Positions 18,709 through 27,311 of a stretch of DNA of 64,000 bases are shown piece by piece. The DNA comes from Escherichia virus TH44. How positions within the stretch are numbered: the first letter of the stretch is position 1; the number at the start of each line of letters is the position of its first letter. The DNA lies in sequence record MT446415.1, one strand, 5' to 3'. The notes under the pieces are model-generated. The model was given only the letters and a program-made list of their open reading frames with translations. It had not been told where the DNA came from and did no database searches. A program made the translations under genes and the position numbers.

Positions 18709-18984
18709 ATGGAACACGTTACTACTCACAACATCAAACAAATTCTTATCCAAGCACTCAAAAACAACAACATCAATTTTCCAACCCATGAAATTTTTGA
18801 TGTGGCATTCAACGAAGTCCAGGGTCAAGTTGCATATTATGACGTTATCGTTTATCTTTCAGAATTTGAAGTCTACCACCTGACTGAAATTGCTTTCTAT
18901 CTCTATCGTGGAACAGCAGATTTCACTGGGGTTGTGAATGCAGTTGGTGCATATAAAGAAGTTAAAGAACAAATGCACAATTAA
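18709..18984 (+). CDS. hypothetical protein
   Basis: 91 aa from internal ATG directly after the hairpin. Confidence 0.45.
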   Translation: MEHVTTHNIKQILIQALKNNNINFPTHEIFDVAFNEVQGQVAYYDVIVYLSEFEVYHLTEIAFYLYRGTADFTGVVNAVGAYKEVKEQMHN

Positions 18985-18985
18985 T

Positions 18986-19050
18986 TAAAAAGTAGTGTAC
19001 ATCAGTATGGAGTCTATGTATAATGATTCCATACTGAGTTACCAAACAGA
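18986..19050 (+). promoter_or_regulatory. T4-type early promoter cassette
   Basis: AAAAAGTAGTGTACA, 18 bp, TATAAT, then TTCCATACTGAGTTACC; ATGGA/TCCAT inverted repeat around -10. Confidence 0.6.
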
Positions 19051-19062
19051 CTGGAGAATAAA

Positions 19063-19218
19063 ATGAAACCTGCTCAATATGCAATGACTTTATACCTTGA
19101 AGTTAATGGCGATATTACTGAATTTTTTAAATTAATGCAACAGCGCGGAAAAAGTTTTGCAGTTACTGAGCGTCAATTTTACGCTTGCCGTAAAAATACA
19201 TACAATCGTTATGCGTGA
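19063..19218 (+). CDS. hypothetical small protein
   Basis: 51 aa, not in track; SD GGAG after cassette. Confidence 0.35.
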   Translation: MKPAQYAMTLYLEVNGDITEFFKLMQQRGKSFAVTERQFYACRKNTYNRYA

Positions 19219-19228
19219 GGAAAACAAA

Positions 19229-19489
19229 ATGGATATCAAATTATATTACGCCAAGCACAAAGTTACAGGTAAAGTTGTTGCTGCCATGTATGATGCATCG
19301 GGTGAAGATGTTATTACGGAATTATCCCTTTCTAATTGTAGATTTCTTCGTCCTTTGATAGCGTCAAAAAAAGATTTACAAAAACTTATCGACGGTAAAT
19401 TAGATAATGTCGATGGTATAGATATCCATTATGAACTCCGCCATGCACTGAATGATGGGTTTATGGAAATAAAAGAGATAGTATTATGA
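19229..19489 (+). CDS. hypothetical protein
   Basis: 87 aa from internal ATG with SD GAGGA. Confidence 0.4.
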   Translation: MDIKLYYAKHKVTGKVVAAMYDASGEDVITELSLSNCRFLRPLIASKKDLQKLIDGKLDNVDGIDIHYELRHALNDGFMEIKEIVL

Positions 19490-19571
19490 GCAGCAAAACC
19501 TGGTGTCTTATCTGGATATTGTGTATCCCAGTAATTTGCGTTTGTTTTAGTTTATTATTAATGAAACTTGC

Positions 19572-19630
19572 ATAAAAAAGTGTACATCTCCAGTGGTTGT
19601 AGTATAATGAACCTATCAACTACTGGAGAT
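19572..19630 (+). promoter_or_regulatory. T4-type early promoter cassette
   Basis: AAAAAGTGTACA, 17 bp, TATAAT, then CTATCAACTACTGGAG. Confidence 0.6.
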
Positions 19631-19634
19631 GATT

Positions 19635-19751
19635 ATGAAAAAGTTACTTAAAGCTATTTGGAACATGTTTGTGCTGTTTGTTGTCCTGAGCATTTTCCCA
19701 ATTGTTTTTATGATTGACCATGTGCGTGTTTACTTTAACTATTTCTTTTGA
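19635..19751 (+). CDS. small membrane peptide
   Basis: 38 aa, not in track; hydrophobic core NMFVLFVVLSIFPIVFMI. Confidence 0.3.
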   Translation: MKKLLKAIWNMFVLFVVLSIFPIVFMIDHVRVYFNYFF

Positions 19752-19761
19752 GGATAATATT

Positions 19762-19968
19762 ATGAATTACAATTCACACTTTCAGAAATCCAATCGTCGC
19801 TTTGACTTTATGTTCAAGTTTATTGTAGCAATGATTATCCTGATTTTCATTGGTGCCATTGCAATGATTGGTTTCCAGGTCTGGATTGCTGCTGAAGTAT
19901 TCACCCAAATCCAGGATAATGGTTTGAAGTCTGTTGTTGATGTAATTTGGAATGGAGCTAAGCAATGA
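19762..19968 (+). CDS. small membrane protein
   Basis: 68 aa, SD GAGGA; hydrophobic FKFIVAMIILIFIGAIAMIGF. Confidence 0.4.
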   Translation: MNYNSHFQKSNRRFDFMFKFIVAMIILIFIGAIAMIGFQVWIAAEVFTQIQDNGLKSVVDVIWNGAKQ

Positions 19969-20210
19969 AACTTTTTAAAGACATTGCAGTTGGTGAAAAA
20001 TTTGTCCTGGGTAATGGTCAACAACTGATTCGCATTTCGCCTTTAATGGATAACAGTGAACGCCCTGTGCGCACTGAAAACTGTTTGGATTATCCTTTTT
20101 ATCAGAAGCGTTTTGCAATTGAAAATAATACTGAGTGTTTCACAGTTGATGAACTGATGGAATCATCAGAAGAAGTTGACTTGTGGGATGGCGCAGTTGA
20201 TGTAGAATAG
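19965..20210 (+). CDS. hypothetical protein
   Basis: 81 aa; TAG stop is part of the next cassette. Confidence 0.4.
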   Translation: MKLFKDIAVGEKFVLGNGQQLIRISPLMDNSERPVRTENCLDYPFYQKRFAIENNTECFTVDELMESSEEVDLWDGAVDVE

Positions 20211-20270
20211 TGTACAAACTCTTGGGAGCAGAGTATAATGCTCCCAGTGGATAATAAAATTTAACTGAGG
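20208..20270 (+). promoter_or_regulatory. T4-type early promoter cassette with hairpin around -10
   Basis: TAGTGTACAAACTCTT-GGGAGCA-gagTATAAT-GCTCCC; perfect 7 bp inverted repeat. Confidence 0.65.
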
Positions 20271-20278
20271 AAATCATT

Positions 20279-20623
20279 ATGTCTAAAGTATTTTTTGGTA
20301 ATCGCAACATTATGTTCTTTAAACAGATTAGCGTATCAGAAGCATTTGATTTAAGTTATTCGGGCGGCACAAAAGCTGTTAACCTTAAAAATTTGATGTC
20401 TGCAGAATTTGCATTCTATCAGGACCCTGAAACTGGTTTCTACAAATTTATTAAGTTCCGCATGACTATGGACCGCGATTATCGTGATGTTTATTATACA
20501 AGTTATGAAAGTGTTGTGAATGCAATTCGTGAAGCTTATGGATTGGATTCGTTATCTCTTGACCGCCTGTATAATGCAAGCCTTTACACCAGCGGATTTA
20601 TTTTAGAACAGCTTCAAAAATAG
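20279..20623 (+). CDS. hypothetical protein
   Basis: 114 aa; TAG stop embedded in next cassette. Confidence 0.45.
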   Translation: MSKVFFGNRNIMFFKQISVSEAFDLSYSGGTKAVNLKNLMSAEFAFYQDPETGFYKFIKFRMTMDRDYRDVYYTSYESVVNAIREAYGLDSLSLDRLYNASLYTSGFILEQLQK

Positions 20624-20690
20624 TGTACAAACTCTTGGGGTCAGAGTATAATGACCCCACTGGAGCACAAAACTTTAACTTACTGAGGAA
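20621..20690 (+). promoter_or_regulatory. T4-type early promoter cassette with hairpin around -10
   Basis: TAGTGTACAAACTCTT-GGGGTCA-gagTATAAT-GACCCC; arms differ from the 20208 copy by two compensatory pairs. Confidence 0.65.
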
Positions 20691-20696
20691 ATTAAT

Positions 20697-21146
20697 ATGA
20701 ATACTTACATGACCCGTCGTGACGTACTGAATGCTGGCGCTACCACTGTTGCTTACATCCATAATGGTAATTATGTCGCCGGTCGCCCAACTAAAGAAGC
20801 TATCACCCAACCGGGTTTTTATTTTGTAGTTAAGGGTGAAGGTGAATCGCGTATTGTTGCGGCACGTTTTTACGTTGGTAACCAACGTTCACAACAAGGG
20901 TTTGACACTGTATTAAGTCACATCCGCAAACAGCGTTCACAACTGTCGCGCACAATGGCGAACAATGGTGTTATCTATGAAGTTCTGTTTGTTCCGGTTT
21001 CTAAAATGAAGCCTCTGACAACTGGTTATGGTAAAGGTCAAATTGCAATGGCGTTCACTCGCTCACATAGTTCTGATTGCCAGACCCTTTCAGAAATGAA
21101 TCGCATGCTTGCTGATAACTTTAAATTCATTCTGCAGAGCTATTAA
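20697..21146 (+). CDS. ndd: nucleoid disruption protein Ndd-like
   Basis: 149 aa (T4 Ndd 151); position between rIIB and stp/52; sequence resemblance from recall only. Confidence 0.45.
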   Translation: MNTYMTRRDVLNAGATTVAYIHNGNYVAGRPTKEAITQPGFYFVVKGEGESRIVAARFYVGNQRSQQGFDTVLSHIRKQRSQLSRTMANNGVIYEVLFVPVSKMKPLTTGYGKGQIAMAFTRSHSSDCQTLSEMNRMLADNFKFILQSY

Positions 21147-21147
21147 T

Positions 21148-21321
21148 ATGAGACATTTCTTTACAATGGGTTACTTATTTGTTTTAGCACTATTTGTTAT
21201 TACAGGAGCCTTTATAGCCTTTGGCGCTCCATTTAATGATAAAGTTGCTGTTACTATGTGCTTTAGTGGCGGATTTATCTGTTTTGAACGTTTATGTAAA
21301 ATGTGTGGTATATATGAGTAA
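21148..21321 (+). CDS. small membrane protein (T4 ac position)
   Basis: 57 aa from internal ATG; hydrophobic [18 protein letters not shown]. Confidence 0.35.
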   Translation: MRHFFTMGYLFVLALFVITGAFIAFGAPFNDKVAVTMCFSGGFICFERLCKMCGIYE

Positions 21322-21394
21322 TTTCCATAATGAACATGTGATGCAATGGCATCGCCATAATCTGAAATTAACTGGCGTCTTTGGACGCCCTTGA
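21314..21394 (+). CDS. stp: Stp-like 26-residue peptide
   Basis: 26 codon [29 protein letters not shown], not in track; length and sequence resemble recalled T4 Stp; position upstream of 52. Confidence 0.55.
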   Translation: MSNFHNEHVMQWHRHNLKLTGVFGRP

Positions 21395-21401
21395 GGAAAA
21401 T

Positions 21402-21560
21402 ATGATTATTCTGGCTTTTATCGAACTTATTATTGCCGTGGTTTGTTCAGTCTGCTTCTTTTTAGGAGTCTGGACTCCAAGCACATTTTTCATGGGCGCG
21501 ATGTTTATTGCATGGGTTATTTCTGGAATTGTAAGTCTGGCGCGGTATGCGAAAAAATGA
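21402..21560 (+). CDS. small membrane peptide
   Basis: 52 aa, SD GAGGAAAA; two hydrophobic segments. Confidence 0.35.
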   Translation: MIILAFIELIIAVVCSVCFFLGVWTPSTFFMGAMFIAWVISGIVSLARYAKK

Positions 21561-21697
21561 TTAAGAAAATCTTGGGCTACTCGTTAGCCCTTGCTGCCTT
21601 ATTGGTAGCGCTGTATTATGGAGTTGTATTTGCATTAGTGCAGGTTGTGCTTTTTATTTCTGATGCTATAATGGCAGTACATTCGTTAATCTGGTAA
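21557..21697 (+). CDS. small membrane peptide
   Basis: 46 aa from internal ATG of track ORF; hydrophobic LALAALLVALYYGVVFALVQVVLFI. Confidence 0.35.
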   Translation: MIKKILGYSLALAALLVALYYGVVFALVQVVLFISDAIMAVHSLIW

Positions 21698-21705
21698 GGT
21701 GATAT

Positions 21706-23085
21706 ATGTCTGACGTTTTAAGTATGATGTCCAAACAGTTCAGTGATTCCATGGGGACCCTTAACCCACGCAGTCTAAAAGACATTATTGATGTGGAAGC
21801 ATTATCATATGCTATCTACACTGTGGAAGGTCGCGCAATCCCAAACATGATTGATGGTTTTAAACCAGTTCACAGATTTGTTATGGCGAGAGCATTAGAC
21901 CTGGCACGTGGTGATAAGAATAAATTCCATAAGGTTGCATCCATCGCAGGTGGCGTAGCTGATTATGGTTATCACCATGGCGAAGCATCAGCGGAAGAAG
22001 CAACTTCTGGTCTGGTCGCAACATATAAAAATGAATACCCCATGTTTGATGGACAAGGCAACTTTGGTTCCAGAATGGTGCCAGAAGCATCATCAGCTCG
22101 TTATGTATTCGCACGGGTTTCAAAGAACTTTTATAACTTGTTTAAGGATACAGAATATGCTCCGGTCCATCCTGATGAAGAACATAAGCCTCCTGCTTTT
22201 TATCTTCCTGTTATTCCTACTGTATTACTTAACGCCACTTCTGGGATTGCTGTTGGCTTCGCTACTGATATTCTGCCTCATTCGTTCCAGGACGTCAAGG
22301 AAGCTGTTAAAGCTATCGTGGAAGGTCGGGAGCCGGTTGCTCCGAAAGTAAAATATCCAGAATTCCGCGGTAAAGTTGTTGAGCTGGAAGAGCCTGGTAA
22401 GTATGAGCTTCATGGCACGTACAAAATGACTTCCAGGACCCAAATGGAAATTACTGAAATCCCGGTCCAATGGAACCTGGAAAAGTATACAAGTAAAATC
22501 CTGGACCCGCTGGAAGAGAAAGGTTTTATCACCTGGAAAGATAACTGCGGCGAGCATGGTTTTGGGTTTAAGATTAAATTCCGCAAAGAATACAAGCTGG
22601 ATGGCACCGAAGAAGAAAATCATGAGAAAATCATGAAAGACTTTGGTCTGATTGAGAAGCTCTCCCAGAACTTAACAGTGCTTAATCACAAAGGCAAGCT
22701 GGCTGAATACACCAACACGCTTGACCTGATTCGTGATTTCGTTGATGTCCGTAAGACTTATGTTCAAGTGCGAATTGACAGTAAGATTAAAGAAACTGAA
22801 GCGGCATTTAAACTGGCCCGGGCAAAAGTCTTCTTTATTAAAGAAGTGATTGATGGTAAAGTTGTTATCCAGGGGAAACCTCGTAAGAAGTTGATTGAGG
22901 AACTCCAGGCGAGTGAAATATATGGCGATTATGCAGAGAAGTTAGTGGCGATGAACATCTACCATATGACCTCTGATGAAGCTAAGAAGCTTGCGGATGA
23001 AGCTAAGGCTAAGAAAGCTGAGCATGAGTACTGGAAGACAACTGACGTTAAAACTGAATATCTTAATGATTTGGAGGCTCTATGA
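21706..23085 (+). CDS. 52: DNA topoisomerase II medium subunit (GyrA-like)
   Basis: 459 aa; long colinear match to recalled T4 gp52 (IPNMIDGFKPV, QGNFGS, YAPVH, active-site Tyr region). Confidence 0.9.
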   Translation: MSDVLSMMSKQFSDSMGTLNPRSLKDIIDVEALSYAIYTVEGRAIPNMIDGFKPVHRFVMARALDLARGDKNKFHKVASIAGGVADYGYHHGEASAEEATSGLVATYKNEYPMFDGQGNFGSRMVPEASSARYVFARVSKNFYNLFKDTEYAPVHPDEEHKPPAFYLPVIPTVLLNATSGIAVGFATDILPHSFQDVKEAVKAIVEGREPVAPKVKYPEFRGKVVELEEPGKYELHGTYKMTSRTQMEITEIPVQWNLEKYTSKILDPLEEKGFITWKDNCGEHGFGFKIKFRKEYKLDGTEEENHEKIMKDFGLIEKLSQNLTVLNHKGKLAEYTNTLDLIRDFVDVRKTYVQVRIDSKIKETEAAFKLARAKVFFIKEVIDGKVVIQGKPRKKLIEELQASEIYGDYAEKLVAMNIYHMTSDEAKKLADEAKAKKAEHEYWKTTDVKTEYLNDLEAL

Positions 23086-23171
23086 GCATAGAAAATGAAT
23101 ACGCAGTGATTTGTGCTGCTGTAGCTGGCCTGTTGATTGCCTGGGTTATTGGCAAAGTGATTGATTCTTAA
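23082..23171 (+). CDS. small membrane peptide
   Basis: 29 aa overlapping gp52 stop (ATGA); hydrophobic; low confidence. Confidence 0.25.
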   Translation: MSIENEYAVICAAVAGLLIAWVIGKVIDS

Positions 23172-23176
23172 AAACT

Positions 23177-23204
23177 AGGACCCTTCAGGGTCCTTTTTTA
23201 TTTT
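23177..23204 (+). terminator. rho-independent terminator
   Basis: GGACCC-TTCA-GGGTCC plus TTTTTTATTTT. Confidence 0.7.
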
Positions 23205-23206
23205 AA

Positions 23207-23285
23207 AAAAGTAGTGTACAATCCCCTTGTCTTAGGACATAATGATTCCATACTGAGTTACACAATGAATCACAAAAACTTTGGA
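23207..23285 (+). promoter_or_regulatory. T4-type early promoter cassette
   Basis: AAAAAAGTAGTGTACAA, 18 bp, CATAAT, GATTCCATACTGAGTTACAC. Confidence 0.6.
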
Positions 23286-23292
23286 GAATAAA

Positions 23293-23508
23293 ATGTTTAC
23301 TGCACAACAGAATGAAGGTCAAGAATACATCAACGCTAAATTCAAATCTAACAAAGAAGCTTGCTATTACTACTTTGATATGTTCAAACTGGCGAATTCT
23401 AAAGAAGAACGTAAACAAGCGATTGATGTGATTGTTTCTACTTCCCATATGAAACGTACTGTAGTACAATCATATGCATCAAATTACATGAAATCTATTA
23501 AGGGATAA
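23293..23508 (+). CDS. hypothetical protein
   Basis: 71 aa from ATG with SD GGAGA (track start TTG). Confidence 0.45.
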   Translation: MFTAQQNEGQEYINAKFKSNKEACYYYFDMFKLANSKEERKQAIDVIVSTSHMKRTVVQSYASNYMKSIKG

Positions 23509-23510
23509 TT

Positions 23511-24119
23511 GTGAACAAGTTAAATTATATCGTTAAATGCTCCCAGAACGCGCTGCATGAGACTGATGTTAATGCTCTGGTGTTTGTATACAAAAACAAC
23601 TTCGTGAGTCCAGAGGTTGTTTTAGACCAGCAGAATACATCAATTGATAGTGTGCAGACATTGTTGAATAACAACTATGTTGAAGCTTCTGGTGATGGTT
23701 TGATGGTTACAGAAAAGGGTGTTGACCTTATTCTGGATGCAGCTGAACTTTGGGCGAATGAAAATAATCCTGACCTTCTGGAAGTGAAGAAGACAAGAAC
23801 AAAACGCGGTGTGACTGATGAAATGGAAGCGACTGCAGAATATATCAAAGAGCAATTGTTGTCTATTGGTATTGACTTTAAGAGCATTTCAGAAGACCGC
23901 AGCAATCTGATTGTGAAGTTCAAGCGTGTCAAGACATTAAAACAGATTGATGTTCGTCGTGATGGTCAGATTCGCGTACATGCGTATAATACTGAACAAA
24001 AGATAGTAAAACAGTTTACAGACGTGGGATTTAGCGTTAAAGTAGGTGGATTGAATACCTACATTGACAACGTTATGTCAACTGAAAACATTCAACATGT
24101 TATTAACATCTTAAAGTGA
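23511..24119 (+). CDS. motA: MotA middle-transcription activator
   Basis: 202 aa, GTG start with SD; colinear with recalled T4 MotA (KDNF, SGDGL, KQFTDVGFS). Confidence 0.8.
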   Translation: MNKLNYIVKCSQNALHETDVNALVFVYKNNFVSPEVVLDQQNTSIDSVQTLLNNNYVEASGDGLMVTEKGVDLILDAAELWANENNPDLLEVKKTRTKRGVTDEMEATAEYIKEQLLSIGIDFKSISEDRSNLIVKFKRVKTLKQIDVRRDGQIRVHAYNTEQKIVKQFTDVGFSVKVGGLNTYIDNVMSTENIQHVINILK

Positions 24120-24126
24120 GGAAATT

Positions 24127-24459
24127 ATGAATAAGCTGAATATTGTTAATGAATTGCGTGCTTGTGTAGAACCTACTCAAGAGGGTTGGGATGTTTGGTA
24201 TCATGGCGCTTACCTTGGAACTATTGTCAAGGTCAAAGCTGGTCAGTATCTTATCCATCGTCAGGATGATGCAGTAGCTCCGTTTGGTGCACGCAAGAAC
24301 TTCATGGCAGCGATTGGTGCCTTTGTTCCAGCAGCATATGAAGTATATAAAGCTGACTACAAAGAATATCAGGAATCACAACCAGTTATTCGCTCAATTG
24401 GTGTTAATAAAGCTCAACAGAAAAGTCTGTGGCAACGTGTTAAAGGTTGGTTCAAATGA
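24127..24459 (+). CDS. hypothetical protein
   Basis: 110 aa, SD GAGGAAA. Confidence 0.45.
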   Translation: MNKLNIVNELRACVEPTQEGWDVWYHGAYLGTIVKVKAGQYLIHRQDDAVAPFGARKNFMAAIGAFVPAAYEVYKADYKEYQESQPVIRSIGVNKAQQKSLWQRVKGWFK

Positions 24460-24944
24460 ATCCATTAAAAGGTAAAGAATTATCCTTTAAAGACCGTATG
24501 GCCTTATTGGATAAAGCTCTTTCTCGCGAGACTCCCGAAAGTCTCGCTGCTAAATTACGGGCATATGGTGATTACACCGAATATACTGAAGAAGATGTTC
24601 TGGAAGAGGTTCCGGAAATCTGTTGGCAGATTGCTCATTGGAACAACAATGAAAAATATCAGCGCCGGATTGTATGCGCTGCCAACCGCTTTAAGTTAAA
24701 AGATGGTGGGACTCTGGTTATTCCTGGTGCCAGACATTATTCCAAGGATATGGCAGAAGTGCTTGACCAGGTAAGTGATAAACTTGTGTCAGACCATGTT
24801 TGTGGTGATAACCAAGGGTTTATTGACCAATACAGCAATTACTGGACCCGTGAAGAAGCAATGATTATTGCGACTTATGCAAATCAGGTGCGTATTGAAC
24901 GTGGCGGTAGTGAGAAAGAACTTTATTCAGAGGACCTTTATTAA
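24456..24944 (+). CDS. hypothetical protein
   Basis: 162 aa from internal ATG. Confidence 0.4.
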   Translation: MNPLKGKELSFKDRMALLDKALSRETPESLAAKLRAYGDYTEYTEEDVLEEVPEICWQIAHWNNNEKYQRRIVCAANRFKLKDGGTLVIPGARHYSKDMAEVLDQVSDKLVSDHVCGDNQGFIDQYSNYWTREEAMIIATYANQVRIERGGSEKELYSEDLY

Positions 24945-25222
24945 TGAACCTTAAACAACTCCAAATTGATGCAATCGAAAACCATATCAATCATATCAAA
25001 CGTCTGAACACCATGATGGAAGACAACTGGGGAACTTATGTTAACCAGCCGGCTTGGGATGCGTTAGACCATGAATATATAAAGGATATTAGTGATAACA
25101 CGTATAGAGTTAGAGAAGGTCTGAAACCCTTCCTGCGTGATATGTATATTGCAACAAATAAAGCAATTATTAACTATCTTGAATACAAATTAAGGGAATT
25201 GCATGAACAACCTGGTAGCTAA
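24944..25222 (+). CDS. hypothetical protein (size of T4 Arn, unverified)
   Basis: 92 aa; lies in the motA-asiA interval where T4 has arn; no sequence confirmation. Confidence 0.35.
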   Translation: MNLKQLQIDAIENHINHIKRLNTMMEDNWGTYVNQPAWDALDHEYIKDISDNTYRVREGLKPFLRDMYIATNKAIINYLEYKLRELHEQPGS

Positions 25223-25534
25223 GCACGATTTCAATAAGGCGTCTGTCCATAAGGATAAGAAGAAAACTGAAATGCAGTCCAAACGTAAGCAGAAGCACAA
25301 GGGGAATCACTATGAGTCATAACTTAGAGAACACCATCACTGGTCAGCGTACACGCGAGCAGGCTTGCTTTGAGGAATTCCTTGGAGCTGATTTTAAGTT
25401 CCAGGAACCAGTTGAACAGATGTATCAGGAATATGTTGTACAGATGGAAAATCATGTGTACAACCCAGAGGAATAATAGTACAATATCCTTACTGAATAA
25501 TTGAATGTCTTATTGAATACTTGAGTAAATTAAA

Positions 25535-25810
25535 ATGACTAAATTTGAAATCGTTTCTGAAATTGTTACTGTAACTTCAATTTTGATTAAAACCGACCGG
25601 GAAGATATTACGATGAAGCGTGATGTGTTTATCGCGTTTTTGAATGAGTTGGGATTGAGGAATGAGAATGGTAATGAGTTAAACAATGTATCGTTTAACA
25701 AGTTGTTTAAAAGTTTATCTGAAGATGAAATTGAACAAATCATTGAACAATTTAACGAAGGATTCGAAGATATACACCGTTATCTTATGATGTATACCTC
25801 CGGATTCTAA
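25535..25810 (+). CDS. asiA: AsiA anti-sigma70 factor
   Basis: 91 aa; colinear with recalled T4 AsiA (VTSILIK, REDI, FIAFLNE, EQFNEGFE, HRYL). Confidence 0.85.
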   Translation: MTKFEIVSEIVTVTSILIKTDREDITMKRDVFIAFLNELGLRNENGNELNNVSFNKLFKSLSEDEIEQIIEQFNEGFEDIHRYLMMYTSGF

Positions 25811-26460
25811 CGTGTACGCCCGAGCGTACGACCTGCTTGTCCACACATAGCAGAAAGCCTATCAAAACTAAGGTTAGGTTTTTGCTTATACCAGTACAGC
25901 GAAACTGTGCCTGCATAAACGTTTTCCAAATTAAAGAATGGGCAGCTAAACATATATGCGAAGCTGCTTTTTTTCTTTGTTGGTAAGAATACAGATTCCG
26001 TACTGGATTCAAAATAATTACCATTAACCCCCGCCAAATATTCCGCCGAAGTTTTATCTATTGGAAACCCACCTAAATTTTTTTCGTCGACTGTATCAGG
26101 CAATATCCCCTCATATCCCACCATATCCACAAAGTAGTTAAGGTTAGTTGGTCTAAAAGAATATATTGCTGTAAAGTCTGCCCCACTTGACGAGTGGACT
26201 ATCTGGATTTGCTCGATAGCTGCAATTTTAAATCTGTTATCCTGGTCTTGCCTTATCATTTCAGTGTATGAGGCATATGAAGCATCCCTGTACGCATCTA
26301 AAAGTGCATCACCTTTATACCAGATTACCGCCATTAAAAATAATAGAACAATAACTAGTACCCGGGAAAAAACAACTTTCCCGGTCGCATTATCTTTAAA
26401 AATTCTATCAAGAAGTCCAAAAAGTAGGTCGGGTATTGATATTCCTACTTTTGGTTCCAT
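25807..26460 (-). CDS. t: holin T
   Basis: 217 aa; colinear with recalled T4 holin (LLFGLLDRIFKDNATGKV, one N-terminal TM, large periplasmic domain); downstream of gene 38. Confidence 0.9.
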   Translation of the reverse strand: MEPKVGISIPDLLFGLLDRIFKDNATGKVVFSRVLVIVLLFLMAVIWYKGDALLDAYRDASYASYTEMIRQDQDNRFKIAAIEQIQIVHSSSGADFTAIYSFRPTNLNYFVDMVGYEGILPDTVDEKNLGGFPIDKTSAEYLAGVNGNYFESSTESVFLPTKKKSSFAYMFSCPFFNLENVYAGTVSLYWYKQKPNLSFDRLSAMCGQAGRTLGRTR

Positions 26461-26478
26461 ACTTTTCTCCTTTAAAGA

Positions 26479-26486
26479 TATTTATA
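26479..26486 (-). promoter_or_regulatory. late promoter TATAAATA for t
   Basis: TATAAATA on minus strand about 20 nt upstream of t start, followed by SD AAAGGAGA. Confidence 0.55.
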
Positions 26487-26497
26487 GCGCTTATGTA

Positions 26498-27280
26498 CTA
26501 TAGCCAAGACCCATAGATAGTGCCTGTGGCGCCCCATGAAGGGGAACTTCCGAATACCGCGCGTCCGGCTCCGCCCTGCGAGCCGTATGTAACGCTTCGT
26601 CCATAAGCGCCTCCACCAGCCCCGCCCGCGTCGCCACCATTACCACCACCCCACTGTCCGCCAAAGCTACCACCGCCACCTGGTCCGGTATAACTAGCGT
26701 TGCCACCTGGGTTTACGGCACCATTAGTACCACCTAATCCATATGGTCTACCGCCACCGCCACCAGCAGTACCAGCTTCAAGCCAAGAGTTATTTGAAGC
26801 ACATCCGGCACCACCGCCGCCACCTGAAGCTATAACACCATAGTTCCAAATACGGAGTCTGCCTCCAATGTCGTTTTGAATTACATCACCACCATTTGTA
26901 TCGGCTATCCAAACACGGGTCCCACCATTACCGCCGCGTCCCCACATATGAACACCACCATGAATATTCAAAGTAACGTATTCATTAGGAGTATCGCCGT
27001 ACATAAAGAACAATGGAACATCTTTAGTATAAGATACTAAATCACCTGTGATATTAAACACAATAGGTGCAGCACCGGCTTCAAAACAACGGTCTCTAAA
27101 CCATTGTCCGTTAAAGTTGTGGTCCGCCCCAAGTGTATGAATTACTTCAACAGACCGACCTATCATATTACTCATCCAAAACGGAATACCCATTCTCAAT
27201 CGTTGGGCCGCGCCGCCCATCCAATTTTGTCCGGTATTAACTGCTGCAGACCATCCTACCCACGGTCCTTCAACTGCCAT
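26498..27280 (-). CDS. 38: distal tail fibre adhesin gp38 (T2-type, glycine-rich motifs)
   Basis: 260 aa from ATG with SD GGAGG; conserved N-terminus; five or more poly-Gly motifs separated by variable segments. Confidence 0.8.
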   Translation of the reverse strand: MAVEGPWVGWSAAVNTGQNWMGGAAQRLRMGIPFWMSNMIGRSVEVIHTLGADHNFNGQWFRDRCFEAGAAPIVFNITGDLVSYTKDVPLFFMYGDTPNEYVTLNIHGGVHMWGRGGNGGTRVWIADTNGGDVIQNDIGGRLRIWNYGVIASGGGGGAGCASNNSWLEAGTAGGGGGRPYGLGGTNGAVNPGGNASYTGPGGGGSFGGQWGGGNGGDAGGAGGGAYGRSVTYGSQGGAGRAVFGSSPSWGATGTIYGSWL

Positions 27281-27291
27281 ATAAACCTCCA

Positions 27292-27307
27292 AGGGGCCGA
27301 AGCCCCT
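27292..27307 (-). promoter_or_regulatory. intercistronic UUCG hairpin between 37 and 38
   Basis: AGGGGC-TTCG-GCCCCT on the transcribed strand, immediately upstream of gp38 SD. Confidence 0.4.
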
Positions 27308-27311
27308 CTTA

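Noticed and set aside
26580-26830. Poly-glycine-encoding GC-rich repeats on the plus strand that could be mistaken for a simple tandem repeat or CRISPR-like array
   Set aside because: They are the glycine-rich motifs of the minus-strand gp38 adhesin; spacing is irregular and the region is in frame.
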